Assembly (NCBI GenBank): GCA_032718475.1
Contig: JAUCBJ010001951.1
Location: 1 to 37,668 of the forward strand
Length of the DNA stretch: 37,668 nt
DNA from: Nemertoderma westbladi
Taxonomy: Eukaryota > Animalia > Xenacoelomorpha
Direction of reading: 5' to 3'
Positions 10,374 through 21,076 of the stretch are shown here, piece after piece. Made by a program: the position numbers and the translations under genes. The notes under the pieces were generated by a model. That model did not search any database. It had not been told where the DNA came from and was given only the letters and a program-made list of their open reading frames with translations. Positions within the stretch are counted from its first letter, which is position 1, and each line of letters starts with the position of its first letter.

Positions 10374-11522
10374 TGTAAAAGCTTTTGTGGGATATAACTG
10401 GCCCTTTTGCTTCGCAATCCAGTTTCTCTCAATGCGCTCAAATACTCTAAAGAAAAACTCCCTAACTCAAATGATGCAAGCTACCAGCTGATTGGCTGAT
10501 TTGCTGTACGTATGGCCTCTTTGTTCTGTTCGATCAACCAACCAGAGCAAGGTCAACCAAGCAGAGTGATTCATCCTGTGTGTTGGCTAAGGGCTGCAAA
10601 AACCCGAATAGTTCGGCATTTAGACATTCGTGGAATCTGTGGAATATGGAGCTCTGCCAATGAGAGCTTTTCCTCTTTGTGTTGAAAGCTACCTGCAACA
10701 GCTCACAGGGTCAATGTTTACATTTTGTCCTGAGCCTAGAAGACCGGCTTTTGGAATCTCTGTGTTTTCAGTCTTTGGCCAAACATTAGTAGGCTTAATT
10801 ATAGAACGTATATCTGTTATCAAATCGATCATATCAATTTATACCTTAACACTTGTACTGCTATTTACTGTCGGTTATTCATTATATCTGTTGATGGAAT
10901 ATTATTATATTGGAGAATATCAATCAATAATCAGACACCCCAATCTTCTTGATATACTGAAGGTTAGAGAGACCGGTTACATATAACGATTGCGATTTAC
11001 ATTAAAGCGGTTTGAAGTTAATCTAATGCTATTTCATAGGCACTACATGTATTGTCTGTTGTTCTCTTTATATGTGACTAAAATTAGTGAAGGTCGGCAG
11101 ATCAGTGTGCAGCATTGTGCAGTATTGTGTATGATTGTGACTGATAACAAAGCATCTCCTAAAGAATGCGCCATATACGTGAATCTATAGCCATCCCGTT
11201 GTGTCTAGTTTAAGTCATAACTCTGTTTACATATTTAGAGCGCCACGTCCTAAAGGAACTGTTAATATTTCCCGAAAGTGAATAATATTTGTCAGAGATT
11301 ATATATTACGATCAGTCGAATAATACAGTAGGCCTACACCGCAATACGGTTAGGCTTCCGAATCCAGTCTCCCGGGTATATCCAGCGGGTGAATGATCGC
11401 GCATAGACTGGCTTCGGCTAATGTAGTGTATCAAATACTTGTCATAGGCTAAAGACGATCTATTATCTAAAAGACATCCCAATTTGGCAGGTTAAACTGC
11501 TAAAGGTCTGAAAGCGCGAACA
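10374..11522 (+). repeat. LTR family B, copy 2 (1149 bp)
   Basis: Same termini as copy 1. Homology with copy 1 is absent over about 10388-10715 and resumes at GAGCCTA...ACCGGCTTTTGG. Confidence 0.85.
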
Positions 11523-12166
11523 AGTGTACCACATGCCCGCCCAAACAGCCGCAAACGCATAGCCAACAAATTTAACAAAAGGTTACATACATGTTGGGTT
11601 CATGACGAGTGAAAATTGATCGCGTAATATAAAGTAAATTAAAAGTCCGGCTTCCCTCCACTTCCTTACCCAATGAAAATGTTGTTGTTATAATCTAATA
11701 TTGGGGCGGCTTTCACTTGTTCCTCAGTCTTTTTCCGATTAGACATGTTAGTATCTTAAATGGGTTGCATAGTAATAATGCTATGCCTCTAATGTCCATT
11801 AACAACTTATGTTCAGGACTTATTTTCAAATGTGCTAAAATTGTAAAAAATTAATTTCAATATTCATTACGTGCAACACACTTCTTAATATGTTAGAAAA
11901 TTACATACATTCATATATACGTATACACATCACATTGTATTTGGATATTTGATTTTAAATGCATACATAATTATTATTTCATATTCAACTATCTCTAAAA
12001 GCAAATATTATTCACAATGTGAGTTTTGTGAGAATTTGTAATATAATATCACATGACAGGTAAATTATATCAAAAAGTTAGCAACAGTAATATGTGGTAT
12101 ATTTTTAATAATAAACCATATAATGAAACAATAATATATGGGATGGGTTGTGTACTACTGTACACA

Positions 12167-12433
12167 TCACATAATGGTACAGCGTCTGTGTGTTAGTAAA
12201 CCATTGGATGTTCCGTTACCATTTCCATTAACTTCGATTCTTCGTAGAGTTTCTTTGAACACGTTCACAATCTGCCAGTTGAACATGGCGGAACACTCTA
12301 TATAATCACATTTCCAAGATTTTTTCACTAAATTAAAGACACAACGTCTCGAAAGCACCCGCGATTCGTACAGATCGATTTTACTTCCAACCACCAATAT
12401 CGGTGTGTCTATATCTTTTGTTTGGAGAATAAC
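12167..12433 (-). CDS. RASL10B: Ras-like family 10 GTPase, last coding exon
   Basis: Acceptor ATTTCAG then VILQTKDIDTPILVVGSKIDL...VKKSWKCDYIECSAMFNWQI...RRCTIM*. Matches RASL10 hallmarks as recalled ([32 protein letters not shown], CAIM). Joins the upstream exon in phase 0. The symbol means family-level resemblance only. Confidence 0.9.
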   Translation of the reverse strand, partial: VILQTKDIDTPILVVGSKIDLYESRVLSRRCVFNLVKKSWKCDYIECSAMFNWQIVNVFKETLRRIEVNGNGNGTSNGLLTHRRCTIM

Positions 12434-13093
12434 CTGAAATCATTGTACGATTATAATTATTATTTCTAATAAATAAATGTTACATTTACCAAAAGAAGAA
12501 AAAGGCTCTATTTCTCACTAATATTATTAAATCTGATTTAATTTATCTAACTTTATTTCCTTTAAACTTTTTAACTTTAAATTAACTTTAAAATTAATTA
12601 AATACCGATTTTGTGATGGAATTGCTCAATTTTAAGCTGTATCTGATAACTGAGCCTCGAGCTGCGCGAATGCCCCACGAACGTGTATGTAGCCTACTGT
12701 ATGTATTGGTGTAAAAAAAAATGAAAACAAGTTGGATGTGTTTTCTTTTAACACTAGAATGCAATTGCTACAAACTTTACTCTCCTAGAATTGCCGTATA
12801 AGTAAGTATACAGTTCTATACACAACAGGATAGGAATAATAATTTGAAGAAATGGGAAACCTATAATGTGCAAATCGTATGCTAGTTGGTCAGTGGCGAC
12901 CACATTGCGTGAATTATTATTCATCCGAAATAAGGAACTCTGACAATGTCTTGGGAAAATAATAAACTGTAGGCCTAGCAGAGAAAACAACTCTGAATAG
13001 CGTTATCATAGGCCTACCTATTCTACGTTTATTTTAAACTGAAAGAAATGATTTTATAATTAGTAAATAATATAGATCGTAGCAGACGAGCTG

Positions 13094-13271
13094 CCACAGG
13101 TGACCCGGAACTTTCAAACCGCACGTTTGAGAAAATAATCGAACTCGCCCTAAAATGGCCGATGAGAATCCGAATGGAACGATAAAACTCCATAACTTTT
13201 GGACGACTCAACCGCAAGTTTGGTTTGCTCATCAGGCTGAGGCACAATTCCACATCCGCGGCATTAGATAG
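13094..13271 (+). mobile_element. Gypsy-type remnant: LTR end, PBS and Gag N-terminus
   Basis: CCACA followed by GGTGACCCGG, resembling a tRNA-Trp PBS. ATG at 13155 gives MADENPNGTIKLHNFWTTQPQVWFAHQAEAQFHIR, the KLPxFWxxxPxxWFxQxEAQF Gag motif. Not in the ORF track. Confidence 0.75.
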
Positions 13272-13338
13272 TAGGCCTACTACTATCAACAATTGGTAAT
13301 TTAGGCTACTTATATAGACTATTATAGGCTACTACTGT

Positions 13339-14309
13339 TATATTGTGACACAGAAGCGCAGGTACTCTCACCAGATGGTGAAACTGAGTTTTTCTCAATC
13401 CTGGCTGGCGTACTGCAAGGTGACACATTAGCACCATTACTATTTGTAATTGTGCTGGATTACGCAATGAGGACGGCCACAAAGGGTGAAGATCTGGGAT
13501 TCACACTTCAAGAACGCAGAAGTAGTAGATATCCGGCAACTACAGTCACAGACACCGACTTTGCGGATGACATCGCCCTGCTCTCTAATACGCTAGCAGA
13601 TGCACAGCTTCTACTAAATAAAGTGGAGAGGGCTGCTAAGGAGGTTGGATTGCATATAAATGCTACCAAGACCGAATTCATGACCTTTAATGTTGATGGA
13701 AACTTGACAACCATTGATAATAATCAACTAAGGCAGGTCGATGACTTCCAGTACCTTGGATCATGGATAGAGAGTAGCAAAAAGGACATAGAAGTTAGGA
13801 AAGCAAAGGCTTGGGCAGCTCTATCAAAAATGGATACCATCTGGAAATCAGATCTCTCCAGGCACCTGAAGACCAAGTTCTTTCGAGCCACAGTGGAAAG
13901 TGTATTTTTATATGGGGGTGAGACCTGGACACTGACTAAATCACTTGAACAACGAATTGATGGTTGCTACACAAGACTACTAAGGGCAGCCCTAAACATC
14001 AGCTGGAGACAACACATGACAAACGCCGAGCTTTATGGTACAATACCACCTGTATCAACCACCCTCCGTGAACGCAGATTAAGATTCAGTGGGCACTGCT
14101 GGCGAAGTAAAGACGAGGTCATACCAGATCTACTTCTCTGGCAACCAACTCATGGAAAGCGTAGTCGTGGACGACCTGCCATAACATATATAGATCAACT
14201 TGAAAGGGATACTGAACTTGAGAGAAACGAAATTCGACAACTATGGAGAATCGGGAAGCCCGGAAGGATTTCATTTCCACTGTCCGAGTTCGCTCGACCG
14301 AGTAGTAGT
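13339..14309 (+). mobile_element. 5'-truncated RTE-like LINE, copy A
   Basis: GVLQGD, FADD and YLGS RT motifs. (AGT)n tail. 17-bp TSD ATAGGCTACTACT(G/C)TTA at 13324-13340 and 14310-14326. Frameshift near 14230. Confidence 0.92.
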
Positions 14310-14329
14310 ATAGGCTACTACTCTTATTA

Positions 14330-14700
14330 ACCATGTAAACGTGGATTTTTCGATAACGCAATACAGCCATTGTTATCCTCGAATAACGTAGTGCTCCCAT
14401 ATTGGTCAATGCCTAAATCCCCAATAAAGTTCTTAACCACACTAACTCCCTGGTGGCGACACTAGCAGCAATATACTCTGCCTCGGTTGTACTCTGAGCC
14501 ACAAGTGTTTGTTTTTTACACGCCCATGAAATAAGCGAATCGTTCACAAAGAACAAATATACAGTCATAGATTTTCTATCATATTTTCTTCCCGAATCAG
14601 CATCTTCAAATCCAACTAATAGAACACAATGTTTGTTAGAATGAACAGCATCATATTCAATGCGACATCCATCGTCCCTTTAATCCTTAAAGTTCCTCCA
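14330..14700 (-). mobile_element. Ty1/Copia RNase H remnant
   Basis: Minus-strand translation gives DAD...DRKS, ISWACKKQTLVAQSTTEAEYIAASVATRELVWLR and, after a frameshift, FEDNNGCIALSKNP. Confidence 0.85.
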
Positions 14701-15367
14701 ATTTGCTAATTTGCCGACTATCACCAATTTTACTCACATATAAGGATAAATTTAGCTCACGAACGTTGGGGGTTATGAAAAGGCATGGATTCATACAAAC
14801 CACTGTAATTTGAGCCAAGCAATTGTTACTAATGTTCCCTGCTGCTTACCTCAATATCAAGAAAGTCAACGGAATCGATTATTCGTAAGTATTCTCCAAA
14901 TATAAGCATTAATTAAATGAGTTACAAACACAGTATATAATAACAGTATAAAAACAGTATACGGTATGCGGTGCCGACAATGTCAGCAGTCAGACCAGAA
15001 AGTCAGAATTTTAGTGAATGAAGAGTGTGGTCGATGATGTTCTGGTCAAAGTCAGGAATGAAGGATTTTGTCACATTGCGTCATTTTCATATGTCAACAA
15101 GGCCAGTAAATCGAAAATCGCTCTTATTGGCCGAAATATAACATAGGCTCTACGCATAAAGAAACAGCTGGCTAATTTCGTCATGGTAGCTCTGTACCAG
15201 AGAGGGCATAAGTCTATACCTTCCCCAATACCTTGACATACTGTAATGCTGGCCTTTTTAGAGAAGTTCCCGAATTGCACCAAAACGACACATTTTTGCC
15301 ACAAAAGCTTTAACACTTATTTAAGAGATCTTCAAGATATGCTTGTTGATTAAATTTTAATTTCCGA

Positions 15368-16790
15368 TTTTCATTTCATTTCATTTGTATTTAATCAAAT
15401 AAAAATTGACATTATTGTTGATATTATGAAATAAAAGTGCTCAGCACGAATAAAAACAGATGATACGCGTAATATAAGTAAAATTGCAAATGTGGCATAG
15501 TTCACGAAACAAGGTTATAGAAATATGTCAAGTAAGATACATCATAAACACAAAGGAGAATTACAACAGATGTAATAATGATGAGAGACAAGTTACATTC
15601 CTTCACACTTCACATTAATTAAATGAATTCAAATTAATTAATATACATTAAATGGTATAAGGATCAAGCGGTAATGGCGAAGTATTGAATAATTTTATTG
15701 TTTTGAAGTTAAATGTTTCCAAGTCATATATTCCCTGTATGTACTTCTCGCTTGCCACGTCTTTAGCCGATAGTGATCCATTACAAATGTTTTCTAATAT
15801 TGATTTCTTGTTGTAGTCATATAGTAACATTGATTGTAGCGAAGGGCAGGGGAAATACTTCTTGCATTTTGCAAAAGTTGAGGCAAGGCCCTGATAGATT
15901 GGTAGAGACCGTTCTGAAGAGTTAAATTGCAAGTTGCACCGCAGTACTGGTTGTAGGATGCCGTTGGGTGCGCGCTGCATTTGAATTAATAGTCCAATGG
16001 CCGCACGGAAGGATTCGATGTCTAAGTCGTTTGTCCTAAATAATTTTAGAATTACAGAGTTACTTACATAGCTACCGACATGTAGGAGGCTGCGTAGTTT
16101 CTTCCTATAATGGACATTTACTGGAATATTAAATTATAGAGTATATAACTGGTTTGGCATACGAGTTCCATAAGGTTGCGAGGTCGTCGACTTTAACATG
16201 CTCCTGCAGTCCACCCAGTTCGTTTGAAAGTTTCACTCGCCACAGTAATAGATTTGATGCACTCATTATATATTTTTGTTTTTGTGGCATTAACTTTAAA
16301 ACCTAGGAGTTTTAGTGATGTTGATGCCGCAACTAAGTTGTCATTAATAGTTAGAAATGTCGGTGTAAGGTTCGTGGACGTGTTTGATTGAGTGGCCATC
16401 CATCTGGTCTTCTGCTGCTCGATTTCTAGTCCAATGGATTGAGATGGATTTGAATTTCCTCAGCCATGGTTTCTATATCATTTGGGTTCGTACTTAAAAG
16501 TATAATATCATCGGCATAGATTATGTCCATTACTGATACAGCCAAATCCCTTGTTCTTCAGACTAGCGGTACTGTCAGCAGTATAGAAATTAAAAAGGTA
16601 TGGTGTGGTGAGATTAGTGATCCCTGTTTTATGCCACGTTTGACTAGAAAACCTACTTTGTCAATACTGTTACCGAAACGAAAGAACATTCGCCCAATCG
16701 CATAGTAGTCGAGAAGTAAGCGGCAGATGTGTGGATCTATAGCAGCCGAGAGTTTCTTAAACAGATGTGAAAGATCCACGTTGTCGAAAG
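15368..16790 (-). mobile_element. Degenerate LINE RT fragment with 3' end
   Basis: AFDNVD...RGIKQGSLISP, IIYADD (about 16510) and GFKVNATKT, broken by stops and frameshifts. (AAATG)n-like tail near 15370; the left boundary is inferred. Confidence 0.75.
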
Positions 16791-16991
16791 CCTCATGGAG
16801 TAAATAAGCATGGTGGACAGCCCATGACTTTCTTGAGACGCATCTTAAAGGACACTGGCCTTGAAGATGCGGATGATCTAGCAATTGTCATGGGTGATAG
16901 GGAGTTGTGGCGGCGCAATTTTGTCGACAAGCCGGCACAGCATTCTTAAAAATGCAGCTGCAATGCAGCATGCCGATACTAGTAGTAGTAG
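16789..16991 (+). mobile_element. Short 3' fragment of a second RTE-like family with (TAG)n tail
   Basis: KHGGQPMTFLRRILKDTGLEDADDLAIVMGDRELWRR. Near-identical to 33035-33240 (minus) and related to 23750-23910. Confidence 0.8.
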
Positions 16992-17600
16992 ACGAAAACG
17001 AACCATTACTGCTTAAACATGGAAAAATAGATATATCTAAATCAGAAATATATTTGGGTTCAACACTTTGTGCTTCCGGCAGTCTCAGGGATATGTTCTC
17101 CGCTGACCTCAAGCTGAAGCAAAAACACTTTCTGTAACATATTATGCCTTCCTTAGAGAAAACATGGCTGCTCCTTTAAAAGTCAAAGAAAAAGTCCTCG
17201 ACGCATCGCATGCATCGTTAACGGTATTTTATATAATTGTGAGGCGTGGGGTAATGTTAATTTCAACAAACTCGAAGACCAATATCGAAAAATATTAAAA
17301 ACGATGTTAGGCCTAAAACGAACAACACCAAACGAATTTGTTTATATCGAGCTTGAACGGCCCCCCATAACCGCTGTTATCAAGGCGCGTACTTCCTCGT
17401 TAGTTAAACGCATTATTTCCAACAAACACGATCACATGTCGGACCCACTGCTTTCCCTTATAGAACACCCCAACAACAACTCTTCATTAATAACATACCT
17501 TAAATCATGCGCCGATATTCCTGAACCGAATTCGGTAGAAAGGGACGCACTCGATAAGATAAAACAGTCTATAATATCAAAGTCAAATAAGGGTTTTTAG
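16992..17600 (+). mobile_element. Degenerate LINE ORF2 C-terminal fragment; its 3' UTR may run to the (TACA)n at about 18345
   Basis: IYLGST...YNCEAWG...KTMLGLKRTTPNEFVYIEL, typical of the post-RT region, with stops and frameshifts. Confidence 0.65.
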
Positions 17601-18384
17601 GAAATTACTATTTATTTATTATTTATTCAACTTCTTATTTAGTTAATCAATAACGCTGACACCCCCCCCCCCCCCCCCCCCCCCCGACCCCCGTGCATAT
17701 TAATTATTATTAATATTTATTCATTTAATCAACTGAAATTGTCAGGCTAATACGCCGCCACATTCTATTTAGTAATTAGCAGTATTTCACTTATTATTTA
17801 GCAGTATTTCACTTATTATTTAATCAATTTATTTATTTATTCAATTGACATTGCACAACCTACTAATTAAGAGCCCATGTATATTAATCATTACCAATAT
17901 ATTATACTTATATTTGTACATACTGTACGACAATACTTTATTATCATGATATTTATTAATGACAATTATCAACACACTTGACGACCTACTTATTACTTTA
18001 ATTAATTAGTTTACTTTACTGTCTATATTTATAAATATACAACGCCTGAATGAATTATTACATTTGAATTAACTTATTTTTAATACTATTATGTTTTGGT
18101 TCTCATTAATTGTAGAACGATATCCTTCTTAGGACTGTTAAATTAGTGTAAACCTATAACCATTTTTATGACAACTTAAATTCTGCTATATTTGATATAT
18201 GTTTAGTGCTTATTTTAATCAAATGATATTCTATATTATACATACAGGTCGGAGGTCCGGCTCCAAGGAAATTACCAAGAAAAAGCCAGCCACCAATCTA
18301 AACAACAAACTAAAATATTATACATACATACATACATACATACATATGTGACCATGCGTTGTAAAGCCTTTTGGTAGTTCGTGA

Positions 18385-20338
18385 ATACTACTACTACTAC
18401 TAGGTCGAGCGAACTCGGACAGTGGAAATGAGATCCTTCCAGGTTTCCCGATTCTCCATAGTTGTCGCAATTTCGTTTCTCCCAAGTTCAGTATCCCTTT
18501 CAAGTTGATCTATATATGTTATGGCAGGTCGTCCACGACTACGCTTTCCATGAGTTGGTTGCCAGAGAAGTAGATCTGGTATGACCTCGTCTTTACTTCG
18601 CCAGCAGTGCCCACTGAATCTTAATCTGCGTTCACGGAGGGTGGTTGATACAGGTGGTATTGTACCATAAAGCTCGGCGTTTGTCATGTGTTGTCTCCAG
18701 CTGATGTTTAGGGCTGCCCTTAGTAGTCTTGTGTAGCAACCATCAATTCGTTGTTCAAGTGATTTAGTCAGTGTCCAGGTCTCACCCCCGTATAAAAATA
18801 CACTTTCCACTGTGGCTCGAAAGAACTTGGTCTTCAGGTGCCTGGAGAGATCTGATTTCCAGATGGTATCCATTTTTGATAGAGCTACCCAAGCCTTTGC
18901 TTTCCTAACTTCTATGTCCTTTTTGCTACTCTCTATCCATGATCCAAGGTACTGGAAGTCATCGACCTGCCTTAGTTGATTATTATCAATGGTTGTCAAG
19001 TTTCCATCAACATTAAAGGTCATGAATTCGGTCTTGGTAGCATTTATATGCAATCCAACCTCCTTAGCAGCCCTCTCCACTTTATTTAGTAGAAGCTGTG
19101 CATCTGCTAGCGTATTAGAGAGCAGGGCGATGTCATCCGCAAAGTCGGTGTCTGTGACTGTAGTTGCCGGATATCTACTACTTCTGCGTTCTTGAAGTGT
19201 GAATCCCAGATCTTCACCCTTTGTGGCCGTCCTCATTGCGTAATCCAGCACAATTACAAATAGTAATGGTGCTAATGTGTCACCTTGCAGTACGCCAGCC
19301 AGGATTGAGAAAAACTCAGTTTCACCATCTGGTGAGAGTACCTGCGCTTCTGTGTCACAATATAGCAATCCAATGCCAGCAACAATTACTTCTGGTATTC
19401 CATAAGCTCTTAGGATTTCAAGCATTTTACCTCTATGGATGGAGTCGAATGCCTTCTTGAAGTCCACAAAAGTCATGACTGCGGGGAGATTCTTTGACTT
19501 GATTCCTTCAATCAGTCTCCGTAGTGCAAGTATCTGAGCTATTGTTGATCTACTTGGTCGAAATCCGTTTTGGCTCTTACGCAGTAGTTTCTCTATGTGA
19601 GGCCTAATCCTATATAGAATCATTTTATTGTATATTTTGGCAGCTACCACAAGCAGACAGATCCCACGATAGTTTGTTGGTATGCCGAGGTCTCCTTTCT
19701 TGGGGAGAGGCTTTAGTTGACCTTTAGTCCAAATTGGTGGTGGCTTTTCCCCTTTTAACATCCGGTTGCAAACATTCAATAATGGTCTATTTAGCACTCC
19801 GGTTTTCCATACCTCCGCTGGGATTTCATCTAATCCACTCGCTTTATTATTGGACATGCTTTTAATGCTTCTTTGGAGTTCGGCAGGTGTGAAGTCCCCT
19901 GTTTCTATAGGTAGTGTCTTGTCATATATTTTCCTTGTAGGGCTGACCTCGATGTTTGGTGGCTGCCCAAGCAAGTTGCTGAAGTGATTTTTCCACTTCC
20001 CAACACGTTCTTCAGGACTATCGGCTTTGAGGCGCCCCTTTGCACAACTTTTCCGACCAGATACCTCATTTACAGTTTGCCAGGTAAGTCTTGATTGTTG
20101 CTGTATGTGAGCAGTTGTAATTGCTTCAGTTTTATCCTGTATGTACTTTTCCTGGCTGATGTTGTAGGCCAATTTAAGATCGTCCTTAGCTTTCTCAACC
20201 TTGTTAATGTTTTCGGTTGTTGGTTGTTCGGTTTTAACTTTGTAGGCTATCTTAAGATCTTCTCTCTTACAAGTAACCTCAGAGTTTTGCCATGGCACAT
20301 ACTGTTTTCGTTTAGGTTTCTGGGGGATATGCCTCTTA
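18385..20338 (-). mobile_element. 5'-truncated RTE-like LINE, copy B, with an uninterrupted RT domain
   Basis: PKKGDL, NYRGI, QNGFR, FVDFKKAFDS, GVLQGD, FADD, YLGS. (AGT)n tail. TSD CGTGAATACT at 18380-18389 and 20339-20348. Confidence 0.93.
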
Positions 20339-20712
20339 CGTGAATACTCATGAAGTTTATTGTTGCGTATCCGAATATTCTTGGTTTTCCTGCGGACTTT
20401 GACTTGATTAATACATTTTAATGCAGCTACTTGCAGAATATTTGTCAGAGCAAGCATATAATTTTCCATTGTGTCAAAACTCCATGAGGACGGAGATTGT
20501 GGAAATTCACGTTCAAGAATATTGAGTTCATTTGCAACCATTGAATTATATTCATCTAGTTTTGAGCTTGGGGTTTTCGCCCACTGGTATCTTGGTTGAG
20601 TGTGTGTGCTTCTACATTTAGTTTCATTTTGTGGTTGGGGAATGGGTAACTGGATGCTGCAGTACACTGGAGCGTGATCGGAGTGATTGAGTGCATGGTC
20701 ATACTGGGCCAC
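18400..20712 (-). CDS. 770-aa RT-containing ORF, chimeric between an older LINE fragment and RTE copy B
   Basis: The first ~120 codons (SDHAPV endonuclease end, PRYQW) lie outside the TSD. The start codon is not ATG. Confidence 0.6.
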   Translation of the reverse strand: MAQYDHALNHSDHAPVYCSIQLPIPQPQNETKCRSTHTQPRYQWAKTPSSKLDEYNSMVANELNILEREFPQSPSSWSFDTMENYMLALTNILQVAALKCINQVKVRRKTKNIRIRNNKLHEYSRKRHIPQKPKRKQYVPWQNSEVTCKREDLKIAYKVKTEQPTTENINKVEKAKDDLKLAYNISQEKYIQDKTEAITTAHIQQQSRLTWQTVNEVSGRKSCAKGRLKADSPEERVGKWKNHFSNLLGQPPNIEVSPTRKIYDKTLPIETGDFTPAELQRSIKSMSNNKASGLDEIPAEVWKTGVLNRPLLNVCNRMLKGEKPPPIWTKGQLKPLPKKGDLGIPTNYRGICLLVVAAKIYNKMILYRIRPHIEKLLRKSQNGFRPSRSTIAQILALRRLIEGIKSKNLPAVMTFVDFKKAFDSIHRGKMLEILRAYGIPEVIVAGIGLLYCDTEAQVLSPDGETEFFSILAGVLQGDTLAPLLFVIVLDYAMRTATKGEDLGFTLQERRSSRYPATTVTDTDFADDIALLSNTLADAQLLLNKVERAAKEVGLHINATKTEFMTFNVDGNLTTIDNNQLRQVDDFQYLGSWIESSKKDIEVRKAKAWVALSKMDTIWKSDLSRHLKTKFFRATVESVFLYGGETWTLTKSLEQRIDGCYTRLLRAALNISWRQHMTNAELYGTIPPVSTTLRERRLRFSGHCWRSKDEVIPDLLLWQPTHGKRSRGRPAITYIDQLERDTELGRNEIATTMENRETWKDLISTVRVRST

Positions 20713-20747
20713 ATACCCACTTGATAGATGAGGTAAAACACTTATTA

Positions 20748-20980
20748 CAGCAAATCAACTTTGTATAACAACCTCGGCCTTCGGCCTTGGTAGGTAGTGG
20801 TTTATTTGCTTCAGGTTGATATATCGTATATCACTCCTAGAACAGGTGATATTCTCTGTATATACAGAGAATATCACCTGTTCTAGGAATGATATACTTG
20901 GTGTTATACAGGTTGTTATACAAAGTTTATTTGCTGAAGGTTGATATATCGTATATCACTCCTAAAACAGGTGATTTTCT
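20748..20980. repeat. Cluster of palindromes and direct repeats, MITE- or Helentron-like ends
   Basis: 72-bp palindrome at 20826-20897 with one mismatch. Inverted pair 20748-20773 / 20911-20936. Direct repeat of GGTTGATATATCGTATATCACTCCTA. Small hairpin GGCCTTCGGCC. Confidence 0.8.
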
Positions 20981-21076
20981 GTTTATCACATGTGTTCGAA
21001 CTTATTGAACACGAAGAGGGCCATCCTACATAATAAGGTACAGCGAACCCCACTCCACAATTTAGTATTTGCCAGA

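Larger units (their letters stand above)
5294..11522 (+). mobile_element. Tandem non-autonomous LTR element, family B: internal1 (5294-7223), LTR (7224-8446), internal2 (8447-10373), LTR (10374-11522)
   Basis: Two collinear units of about 3.1 kb. Each internal region ends in PPT-like GGGAGCGG, followed by TGTAAAAG...GAAAGCGCGAACA (TG...CA). No gag or pol motifs in the internal regions. Confidence 0.85.

Noticed and set aside
7920-11190. ORFs at 7920, 7989, 10630 and 10990
   Set aside because: They lie inside LTRs, and the frames and lengths are not conserved between the copies.
15071-15316. Possible Penelope-like fragment (IRELL*KG)
   Set aside because: Too short and degenerate to support.
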